Part shown: positions 46,901 to 58,200 of the stretch, piece after piece
Layout of the letters: every line of letters begins with the position of its first letter
Position numbering within the stretch: the stretch's first letter is position 1
NCBI GenBank assembly: GCA_950097015.1
Contig: CATNEN010000034.1
Coordinates: 3,100,001-3,164,000 of the forward strand
Origin: Macrostomum hystrix
Lineage: Eukaryota > Animalia > Platyhelminthes
DNA length: 64,000 bases
Reading direction: 5' to 3'
Made by a program: the position numbers and the translations under genes
Notes under the pieces: generated by a model
Databases searched by the model: none
The model's input: the letters and a program-made list of their open reading frames with translations, nothing else
What the model was told of the DNA's origin: nothing

Positions 46901-47560
46901 GACAGTGAGAGTCAGGGAGAGTCATTGAGAGTCAGGGAGAGTCATTGAGAGTCAGGGAGAGACAGTGAGAGTCAGGGAGAGTCATTGAGAGTCAGGGAGA
47001 GACAGTGAGAGTCGGGGAGAGACAGTGAGAGTCAGGGAGAGACAGTGAGAGCCAGGGAGAGTCATGGAGAGTCAGGGAGAGTCATTGAGAGTCAGGGAGA
47101 GACAGTGAGTGTCAGGGAGAGTCATTGAGAGTCAGGGAGAGACAGTGAGAGTCAGGGAGAGACAGTGAGAGTCAGGGAGAGACAGTGAGAGTCAGGGAGA
47201 GACAGTGAGAGCCAGGGAGAGTCATGGAGAGTCAGGGAGAGTCATGGAGAGTCAGGGAGAGTCATTGAGAGTCAGGGAGAGTCATTGAGAGTCAGGGAGA
47301 GACAGTGAGAGTCAGGGAGAGTCATTGAGAGTCAGGGAGAGACAGTGAGAGTCAGGGAGAGACAGTGAGAGTCAGGGAGAGACAGTGAGAGCCAGGGAGA
47401 GTCATGGAGAGTCAGGGAGAGTCATGGAGAGTCAGGGAGAGACAGTGAGAGTCAGGGAGAGTCATTGAGAGTCAGGGAGAGACAGTGAGAGTCAGGGAGA
47501 GACAGTGAGAGTAAGGGAGAGTCAAGGAGAGACAGTGAGAGTCAGGGAGATTCAGGGAGA
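43925..47560. repeat. 3.6-kb satellite of 10-bp subunits: near-constant GTCAGGGAGA alternating with GACAGTGAGA / GTCATTGAGA / GTCATGGAGA
   Basis: Strict 10-bp register is visible in the sequence columns from about 44130 to 47550. Confidence 0.97.
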
Positions 47561-48309
47561 AAGGCACGGGCAGGCTGGGAGATTGTAGGAGGCAGAGAAT
47601 CACAAGAAAATGAGGTCAGATTTGAACGCAAAACTTGAAATAAAGTAGAATATGCTTGATAAGGGATTCATTTGAATACGTCAATATATTTAAAAAGTGT
47701 TGAATCAATTTCGCGTTGAATCATAGTTTCTCATTTAACTGATTTAGGCTGCAATTGCGCAATTTGTGTATCGCGATGAATTCCACTCAGAAATTAACCC
47801 AGGAAAAAGTATATTCTTTTGTTTACGACTGGCTAACAAAGAAGAGCAAAACTAAAGGCTGTGTTTTCCACTTACGTAAATATTGCGCCGAAAATCACCT
47901 GCCCATCTTGCCAATTTGTTTACGAGAATTCATCATTAATTGAAATCTCAGGTCTATATGTATCGGTCAGTTTAAATTTATTTTAACTCTCCTGTAAGTA
48001 AGACTCTACTGTAAGTAAGCACTATAGCGCATTACTGAAAAATCAGAAAAATATTCTTGCATCTAACCAATGGCTGTGCCGCACCGGTTGGTCAAACCCC
48101 CAGTTAGCAAAACAACTAAAAGTTTCTAACCCATTAGCTTCCTAGTTGCAACTAGTGGCAGAAATAAGAAGCTGCTCTACAAGGAAAGTTTCTTCTACGC
48201 AATGCCAAAGAAGCTGGTAGAGTGGGGAAACCGCTAGTGAGGTTTTTCAAAATCGTTTAACTCTGGTAAGTTACATTTAGCCGAAATATTTTGCATCCAA
48301 CACCATTCT

Positions 48310-49800
48310 GAATCTCCTCACAGTCTCTCGATCTCCTTTTCCCAATCCCTTCATCTCCTCACAGTCTCTCGATCTCCTTTTCCCAATCCCTTCATCTCCT
48401 CAGAGTCTCTCGATCTCCTTTTCCCAATCCCTTCATCTCCTCCCAGTCCCTTCATCTCCTCCCAGTCCCTTCATCTCCTCCCAATCCCTTCATCTCCTCC
48501 CAATCCCTTCATCTCCCCCCAGTCCATTCATTTCCACATCCTAATCCCTTCATCTCCACATCCTAATCACTTCATCTCCACATCCTAATCCCTTCATCTC
48601 CTCCCAGTCCCTTCATATCCTCCCAGTCCCTTCATCTCCTCCCAGTCCCTTCATCTCCTCCCAGTCCCTTCATATCCTCCCAGTCCCTTCATATCCTCCC
48701 AGTCCCTTCATATCCTCCCAGTCCCTTCATCTCCTCCCAATCCCTTCATCTCAACATCCTAATCCCTTCATCTCCTCCCAGTCCATTCATCTCGACATCC
48801 TAATCCCTTCATCTCCTCCCAGTCCTTTCATCTCCTCCCAATCCCTTCATCTCCCCCCAGTCCATTAATTTCCCCATCCTAATCCCTTCATCTCCACATC
48901 CTAATTACTTCATCTCCACATCCTAATCCCTTCATATCCTCCCAGTCCCTTCATCTCCTCCCAATCCCTTCATATCCTCCCAGTCCCTTCATATTCTCCC
49001 AGTCCCTTCATATCCTCCCAATCCCTTCATATCCTCCCAGTCCCTTCATCTCCTCCCAGTCCCTTCATCTCCTCCCAGTCCCTTCATCTCCTCCCAATCC
49101 CTTCATCTCCTCCCAATCCCTTCATCTCCCCCCAGTCCATTCATTTCCACATCCTAATCCCTTCATCTCCACATCCTAATCACTTCATCTCCACATCCTA
49201 ATCCCTTCATCTCCTCCCAGTCCCTTCATATCCTCCCAGTCCCTTCATCTCCTCCCAGTCCCTTCATCTCCTCCCAGTCCCTTCATATCCTCCCAGTCCC
49301 TTCATATCCTCCCAGTCCCTTCATATCCTCCCAGTCCCTTCATCTCCTCCCAATCCCTTCATCTCAACATCCTAATCCCTTCATCTCCTCCCAGTCCATT
49401 CATCTCGACATCCTAATCCCTTCATCTCCTCCCAGTCCTTTCATCTCCTCCCAATCCCTTCATCTCCCCCCAGTCCATTAATTTCCACATCCTAATCCCT
49501 TCATCTCCACATCCTAATCACTTCATCTCCACATCCTAATCCCTTCATATCCTCCCAGTCCCTTCATCTCCTCCCAATCCCTTCATATCCTCCCAGTCCC
49601 TTCATATTCTCCCAGTCCCTTCATATCCTCCCAATCCCTTCATATCCTCCCAGTCCCTTCATATTCTCCCAGTCCCTTCATATCCTCCCAGTCCCTTCAT
49701 CTCCTCCCAATCCCTTCATATCCTCCCAGTCCCTTCATCTTCTCCCTGTCCCTTCATCTCCTTCCTGTCCCTTCATCTCCTCCCTGTCCCTACATCTTCT
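48310..49800. repeat. Pyrimidine-rich minisatellite, about 19-bp unit CCCTTCATCTCCTCCCAGT with an approximately 613-bp higher-order duplication
   Basis: Diagnostic variant AGTCCATTCATTTCCACATC occurs at 48521 and 49134. Confidence 0.92.
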
Positions 49801-50491
49801 GTCCAATCAGGATTTTATTTACATTATCTGATTTCTTACTACCAACCATTCGACCTACCGCACAAAAAATTAGGCCTCTAATAGACTTTTAAATGCATTT
49901 TAATAACCAAAGCATTATCTTCGCATAGGAACAAGGCATTACACTTAAGCGCATTCGGCTATCCAGTTCATAATTCAACCAGCCCATTTTGAACTGCCTG
50001 TCATTTTGTCTGGATCTAAAGAAGGGAAAATTAAAAAAAGACTATGGAATGATTTTTCTGGCTATATACGGCAGTCCCATGGACCCCTGAAATGGGAGAA
50101 AACTGTACTAAATATGTATCCGGCCTAGTTGATAAATAAACTGAAACTCGTTGATAAACTATGCTGAATATTGGCCTGAAAGCTTGAAAGTCATTGCCTA
50201 ACAAAATAGCAACAAGCCTAGCCGGTTTGGGATTGGAGCTGAAACATAATCCGGGCTTAGACTATTGAGGAAAAATGCGTGAATCTGTCTAATGACCTCC
50301 TTAGAGAATGGGATCTAGAAAGACGACACCCATTATCACCGATCAGCGCTTTTCCTCTAAAAGAAAAAAATCTGCGCCATTGGCTCCGCAATTAGCTTTT
50401 ACCACTTCACTTACAATTCCAGGAAAAGTCAAGGAAGATCTATGGGCTGAAATAATTTGTTTAATTCACAATCATTGTCTAACAGATCTTT

Positions 50492-50492
50492 G

Positions 50493-50527
<35 letters not shown>

Positions 50528-50528
50528 G

Positions 50529-50627
<99 letters not shown>

Positions 50628-50628
50628 G

Positions 50629-50723
<95 letters not shown>

Positions 50724-50752
50724 GTCTATCTATCTATCTATCTATCTATCTA
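50492..50752. repeat. (TATC)n / GATA microsatellite
   Basis: About 65 units with three TGTC interruptions. Confidence 0.97.
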
Positions 50753-51284
50753 CCCAGAAGGCAGGAATGTTGTCGGGCCTTTCGCCTCGGCCACCATTCG
50801 GGAACTGAGGTAGGGATCAGGTCTGGCATTAATCTCGGCGATCCCTCATCAATCAGTGTGGCTGGCGCGGCTCGTTCTGAAAGCCCCGAGGCTACTTATA
50901 AGCCTTTAACCTGGTGAAGGGATAAATATCCCATTTCTGTCTTTTTTGTCCCGCCCACCGCCAGGCTACCCGCTTTCTGATTAAATATTTGTCAATCTTG
51001 GGCCACTCGAAGCCAACTGACAAGCAGAAAGTTTGCGTGCACGGAGACCGATAGGAACTGTACAGACTAGGCAAAAAACACGGAGAGACACGGAGGCGGC
51101 CACATTGAAACCAACAACGCGAGGGGACATTATGTCATAGATTTCTAATTTGTGATTTACGGAAAACTCTTCTGTTATCGATGAAGCTGAAGCCCGCGAG
51201 GTTTTTTTGTTTTATCAACAAATTCAGGTAGAAGTTTTTATTAATTTTGAATCAAATGGGATTTCAGTCGAGTCTTTTTTGACC

Positions 51285-52355
51285 ATGTCTTCTCCCTCCT
51301 GTCTTCTCCCTCCTGTCTTCCTCTTCCTGTCTTCTTCCTATTGTCTTCCCCTTCCTGTCTTCTCCCTCCTGTCTTCTCCTTCCTGTCTTCCTCTTCCTGT
51401 CTTCTCCTTCCTGTCTTCTCCCTCCTGTCTTCTCCCTCTTGTCTTCTCCCTCCTGTCTTCTCCTCGAGTCTTCCTCTTCCTGTCTTCCTCTTCCTGTCTT
51501 CTCCTTCCTGTCTTCTCCCTCCTGTCTTCTCCCTCTTGTCTTCTCCCTCCTGTCTTCTCCTCGAGTCTTCCTCTTCCTGTTTTCCCCTTCCTGTCTTCTT
51601 CCTCTTGTCTTCCGCTTCCTGTCTTCTTCCTTTTGTCTTCCCCTTCCTGTCTTCTCCCTCCTGTCTTCCCCTTCCTGTCTTCTCCCTCCTGTCTTCCCCT
51701 TCCTGTCTTCTCCCTCCTTTCTTCCCCTTCCTGTCTTCTCCCTCCTGTTTTCCCCTTCCTGTCTTCTTCCTCTTGTCTTCCCCTTCCTGTCTTCTCCCTC
51801 CTGTCTTCCCCTTCCTGTCTTCTCCCTCCTGTCTTCCCCTTCCTGTCTTCTTCCTCCTGTTTTCCCCTTCCTGTCTTCTTCCTCTTGTCTTCCCCTTCCT
51901 GTCTTCTCCCTCCTGTCTTCTCCTTCCTGTCTTCCTCTTCCTGTCTTCTCTCTCCTGTCTTCTCCTTCCTGTCTTCCTCTTCCTGTCTTCTCTCTCCTGT
52001 CTTCTCCCTCCTGTCTTCTCCCTCCTGTCTTCCCCTTCCTGTCTTCTCCCTCCTGTCTTCCCCTTCCTGTCTTCTCCCTCCTGTCTTCCCCTTCCTGTCT
52101 TCTCCCTCCTGTCTTCCCCTTCCTGTCTTCTCCCTCCTGTCTTCCCCTTCCTGTCTTCTCCCTCCTGTCTTCTTCCTCCTGTCTTCCCCTTCCTGTCTTC
52201 TTTTTCCTGTCTTCCCCTTCCTGTCTTCTTCCTCCTGTCTTCCCCTTCCTGTCTTCTTCCTCCTGTCTTCCCCTTCCTGTCTTCTCCCTCCTGTCTTCCC
52301 CTTCCTGTCTTCTCCCTCCTGTCTTCCCCTTCCTGTCTTCTCCATCCTGTCTTCT
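51285..52355. repeat. CT-rich low-complexity repeat built on CCTGTCTTC
   Basis: Accounts for the SSPSCLLPPVF and GRRQEGEDR ORFs. Confidence 0.93.
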
Positions 52356-53104
52356 GGCTAGGAAGACTGTTTGCTTGATCTAAAATTACAGCTAAATTCC
52401 ATAAATATTTATGTAGTTTTGCACCCTTAACTGCTCGGAAAAAAATGTAACCAAAATCTGAGTCATTTCTTGGAATCCTTCTGGGTGTTTCGTAACTCTT
52501 TTATAGCATGCGTTCACAAGTTTTGGTCGTTAAAACTCCAGTGAGTACAAAGCTCAAATATCATTTTCTACGCTCAGAAACTAAGTGATGCAGCTATATT
52601 CTTGGGTTGTCAAGTTATAATAAATTTAGCATTTAATTATTTTTGCACCAAATGGTGGACAAAAGTAACGAGTCCGTTTTCGCGCATACAGACATTGTAA
52701 TTATTTCATTTTTATTACTCAGCGACACTCAACCTTTTCTTGACTTTTCCTGTCTGAGGAAATGAGTCATCTGGGACACCTAGGCAAAGGTAATTTTTTG
52801 GCAAGAGATTAACGCATGCACACACACATCTAAAGCACACACTAACTTAGTACAAATTTGCTGACTGACATGTGTATCAAATCTAAATAAACTGCTTTTA
52901 ATAGGCACAAACTCAAATATTGTGTATGGGTGTGTGCGTGTGTGTGTTTTGGATAGACCTGTGGCATAGCTGTGTTTCTACTAAATGTTAAGCACGGAAC
53001 TGGTGTCTCCTGGCTTGTTGGTCTATAAGAAAATTTCTGTTATTTGCTCACTGCTATGAAGTAACCAAGTTGACGAATCATGGGGTAGAATCGACTTTGA
53101 AATG

Positions 53105-53675
53105 GAATAGTTATGGGGTGGAATAGTCATGAGATGGAATAGTCATGGGATGGAATAGTCATGGGATGGAATAGTCATGAGATGGAATAGTCATGGGATG
53201 GAATAGTCATGGGATGGAATAGTCATGGGATGGAATAGTCATGAGATGGAATAGTCATGGGATGGAATAGTCATGGGATGGAATAGTCATAGGATGGAAT
53301 AGTCATGGGATGGAATAGTCATGGGATGGAATAGTCATGGGATGGAATAGTCATGGGATGGAATAGTCATGGGATGGAATAGTCATGGGATCGAATAGTC
53401 ATGGGATGGAATAGTCATGGGATGGAATAGTCATGGGATGGAATAGTCATGGGATGGAATAGTCATGGGATGGAATAGTCATGGGATGGAATAGTCATGG
53501 GATGGAATAGTCATGGGATGGAATAGTCATGGGATGGAATAGTCATGGGATGGAATAGTCATGGGATGGAATAGTCATGGGATGGAATAGTCATGGGATG
53601 GAATAGTCATGGGATGGAATAGTCATGGGATGGAATAGTCATGGGATGGAATAGTCATGGGATGGAATAGTCATA
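53105..53675. repeat. Minisatellite, 16-bp unit ATGGGATGGAATAGTC
   Basis: About 34 copies. Confidence 0.95.
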
Positions 53676-53798
53676 GGGTTAATCAAAGTGAGGCCGAGAA
53701 ATTACAAGTGGAGGATAGGATTGGAATGTTCCCCATGAATCCTTTAATGGGGAACCACTGTTTGGTAAGTGCCAAAGAAAGTTTCAAAGCCATTACAC

Positions 53799-53800
<2 letters not shown>

Positions 53801-53836
<36 letters not shown>
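53801..53836. repeat. (GCA)12 microsatellite
   Basis: Read directly; no supported coding context. Confidence 0.9.
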
Positions 53837-54384
53837 CAAATGGCTGCGTGACCGTAAGCTGACTCATCACCGTCACCTACTAGCTACCAAGCAGCACAGG
53901 AGAATGCGCGTAGAACATCTTACAAGCTTTTGTCCCTCACAAACATTAACCCCACCAGCCCAGTAGGGCTATAGGGCATGAGGTGTCGACTAGAATCAGA
54001 GCGAAAAAGAGAGACACAGAAAGGTGGCAGAATATATCGTGTCCCAGTTTTTATATTTCTAGGTCCGCAATAGGTTCGAGCGTACTTTACCTACGCTTTC
54101 TAATGCCCCTCGTTTGTAACTACACACACTCACACACCGACTTGTTAATCAGGTTCATTTTCGAAAATGCGCCCACAAATTGTATAAGTTTTTTTTACTT
54201 TCCTGAAGCTTTTTCACATCCCTTGCAGTCTTTCTTCTGCTATTCTCCTTCTTCCAACTACCAACTTTGTCCAGGCTACAAGCGTGATTGTTAGCGTCGC
54301 AGATTGCCCACGGGGGCGCTCAAATATAGTGGTATTTTTTATTTAGGAAAAACTTTTCTCCTAATTAATAAGCCACTGCGGGTG

Positions 54385-55125
54385 ATAAAGTTGCAGATTG
54401 TGGTAGGTAGAATAGACTGCTGGTGCTAAAGTTGCAGATTGTGGTAGGTAGAATATAGACTGCTGGTGTTAAAGTTGCAGATTGTGGTAGGTAGAATATA
54501 GACTGCTGGTGTTAAAGTTGCAGATTGTGGTAGGTAGAATAGACTGCTGGTGCTAAAGTTGCAGATTGTGGTAGGTAGAATATAGACTGCTGGTGTTAAA
54601 GTTGCAGATTGTGGTAGGTAGAATATAGACTGCTGGTGTTAAAGTTGCAGATTGTGGTAGGTAGAATGGACTGCTGGTGCTAAAGTTGCAGATTGTGGTA
54701 GGTAGAATAGACTGCTGGTGTTAAAGTTGCAGATTGTGGTAGGTAGAATATAGACTGCTGGTGTTAAAGTTGCAGATTGTGGTAGGTAGAATAGACTGCT
54801 GGTGCTAAAGTTGCAGATTGTGGTAGGTAGAATATAGACTGCTGGTGTTAAAGTTGCAGATTGTGGTAGGTAGAATATAGACTGCTGGTGTTAAAGTTGC
54901 AGATTGTGGTAGGTAGAATAGACTGCTGGTGTTAAAGTTGCAGATTGTGGTAGGTAGAATATAGACTGCTGGTGCTAAAGTTGCAGATTGTGGTAGGTAG
55001 AATAGACTGCTGGCGCTAAAGTTGCAGATTGTGGTAGGTAGAATAGACTGCTGGCGTTAAAGTTGCAGATTGTGGTAGACTGCGGGTGTTAAAGTAGCAG
55101 ATTGTGGTAGACTGACTGCTGGTGG
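54385..55125. repeat. Minisatellite, 41/43-bp unit AAAGTTGCAGATTGTGGTAGGTAGAAT(AT)AGACTGCTGGTG(T/C)T
   Basis: About 17 copies just upstream of the ROR ATG. Confidence 0.95.
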
Positions 55126-55293
55126 AAGAATTTCCGATTTTTATAGAGTTTAACACGGTAGTGAAGTTGAAGAACAGTCTTTTAAGTATTGGACATTAAA
55201 CATCTTTTTGATTCCGTACAAAAACACGTGTACTGCTTTACAAATTCCAGGTTGAAAGCTTAAATAACAAAGGAGTGATTCCGTCAAAGGGAA

Positions 55294-58200
55294 ATGAATT
55301 CTGAGTTATTTTTGCTGGCCCTATTGCTTCCAATCTGCTGGCCAACTTGGGTTGCAGAATTTCACGGCGCCAGTGCTAAAACAATAGATCTTCCGCCTGT
55401 GAACATGTAGGTGCACCGACCACTCGTTTTTTTATTTTGTTTAACCACCGTTAATTAGCGTCAATTATTATAAGCTGCGAGAGCAACGTAGAATTTTGCT
55501 AGGTCTGTAAAACAAAATTGTTGAGCTCGAAAAAAGTAATAAAAATTCTTACAAAAATGTAGACGCTTAACTTAATTCTAGAAGTTTTCTGTAGAATTTA
55601 CTGTATATACAAAAATGTAATACTTCGGGTGTCCGGAAAGTCATGAGAATGTGTTATTCTAACTACTTAGACACAAGCTATTGACAAGATACTGTACCAT
55701 TCTAACACTTGACTTAATATATGTCTATGGCTGAAAGAGCTAGATTCTTGCTTCAAATTTGGGGGTAAGGCTGATGGTTATAACTTAGAAGTCTAGGCCA
55801 CTGCAACGCAGAGGCAAAGCAAGCATCTATCGTTACTTTTTTCTTCATTGATCCTTGCTGCTGCTTTGAGATGGACGAGTTTCAAGCTTATGCTTATACC
55901 AGGTATAAGCTTGGTATATCTGCTCCTGATTGCCATGGAGAACTGCTGAAAGTGCATGGAGATGTGGCGCCTGGTCTGTCGTTAGTGTACCGATGGTACA
56001 CAAGGTTCCGTGACGAGTCGTACCCACTGGCCCAAGCTGCCCGTACTGGCCGGCCGAGATCGACGAGAACACCAGAGCTGATCGAGACCTGCAGAAATCT
56101 CGTGAAAGAAGACCCAAAAGTGAGTGTCAGAGATCTTGCTGACTTCATGGAGGTTGGGAAATCAACAGTGCATGAAATATTGACTGAAGACCTGCAACTT
56201 CGCAATGTGTCTGCCGTGTGGGTCCCGCATGTTCTCTCCGAGGAGAACAAGGTTGCTCGCGTCAATTGTGCCAAGCAAATACGTCGGATTTTTCATACCG
56301 AGGGCATGACCAGCTTCTGCAACAAGTACGTGGTGGAGGACGAGACGTGGGTGTACCTTAAAAACACTGGTACACGGCAGAACAACCGGTGCTGGCTGGG
56401 TCAAGGCGACCATCGACCTCAAGTTGTGAGACACTCAGTCGGGGACCCAAAGACAATGCTGGTAGTCGCTTTCACCCCAAGCAAGCGATTCTCTATCATG
56501 TCAACGGCGCCAAAGCAGACTGTTGATGCCAATCGCATCGTTGAATTCGTTCGACACACAGGTGACCTATGGCGGAGCCTCAGATCACAGCCAATTCATC
56601 TGTCCGAAGTCTTGTGGCAGTGGGACAACGCACGACCTCATGTGGCCCAGCCTGTGCAGCAGTACATGGAGACTCGTGGAGTTCAACTGCTTTTTCAGAG
56701 TCCCTACAGCCCTGATTTCAATTTATGCGACCGTTTTTTCTTCAATTGGCTGAAATCGGACTTCTCGAAGCGGGAGTTCAGCAGCCACGATGAGGTCCGC
56801 GAGGCCGCGTTGCAGTGGGCGAGGGGTCTGGATGCAAACTGCTTGAAACGCGAGGTTCTACGGCTCGTGGAGCACTGCCAAGCTGTGATTGACTTCAGGG
56901 GAAATTACATTACTGATTAGTAAAGTTTCACTGTTCTGCGCGTTTTTATAATTAACCTTTTGTAGTTTTCTCATGACTTTCCGGACACCCGGAATAGTTG
57001 GCTATTCGTACGGTACCGTATGAATAAAACTGATGCTATTCAAACGGCATTTTACCCACCAATTTAAAATGTTATTTTAATACGAATTTTATTTATATAG
57101 ACTGTGCAAAGCCAAGCTTTTAAGTTGAACTGATTTCCCTAATACCTTTTAAGTTGAACTAATACTAGTAGCTCATTTTGAAATTTTAGAAAAAAAAGAG
57201 AAAATCTAATAACAAGTGGCATAATTTCTAATGTTTGATTATGCAATTTCAATTTGTAATTGCTATCGAAATTGCTGTTTTGCTGTTTGCATCTACAATT
57301 TATATAGCAATTGGATATAGTGTATAATACTGAATCGGAAAATATAATAAACTTAAAATAAACTCATATCATACTTGGGTAGATTGAGCTAATTTTGCCA
57401 AATTAAATTTTATTAATTCTATATATTTCTATCTAGATACGTCTATCATTTTATCAGTATCTGGGTAATTCTCGTTTAATTAATACACAATAAATCACAT
57501 ACGTATTTAAATATCATTTTAATTTGGCGGGTAAACTGCCATATGAATAGCATCAGTTTTATTCATGCGCTACCGTACGAATAGCCACTAAAATTATCAT
57601 TACGATTTATCCGTTTTCAAGCACCAGTTTGAAATAGCGAATGAGTTTGGCACCTTTTTAAATTATTCATCATTCTGGCGCCAATTTGAACCAAAATTCA
57701 ACTTGGAAGTTGGTGAAGACTGGGCATGGTGCATTCATAAGTTTACTAGTTTCCAATAAAATTATAAATCCAAATTATGGCTCGTTGTATTGGTACAGAC
57801 TTAAATTATGTATGAATTTGGCGCGGTTTTAAATTTATCATGAATTTGGCATTGATTAAAATTGTGCCGACCATTTCGCTTTATAAATAAAATAAACTCT
57901 GATGGGCACATTAAATAACTTGTCTATATTTCTAAATTATAGTAACTGTAGAAAATGTATAATATCACCCATTAATTCTGAGCAAATACAAATTACCGCG
58001 AGCTAAATCCAACTAGTCCTCCCAGTATACTTCGCAATCCGGAAGTTGGAGCCGACATCAGCGGCAATCACATCAGGTTGGTGAGGCCGATGACCAGCTT
58101 GACTGTGGCGGCTGGTGAGTCCGCCACATTTATCTGCGACATCATCGGGAAGCCGCTGCCACACTATCGCTGGCTGAAGGACGGAGAAGATGTGGCCCAG

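Noticed and set aside
43925-47560. Repeat-spacer look of the alternating 10-mers
   Set aside because: Only three recurring variants; this is a satellite, not CRISPR.
50308-52383. YLSI and SSPSCLLPPVF / GRRQEGEDR ORFs
   Set aside because: Translations of microsatellite and low-complexity DNA.
53769-53966. Poly-Gln / poly-Ala ORFs over (GCA)12 as a possible upstream ROR exon
   Set aside because: No signal peptide or compatible splice sites; a better signal-peptide exon exists at 55294.
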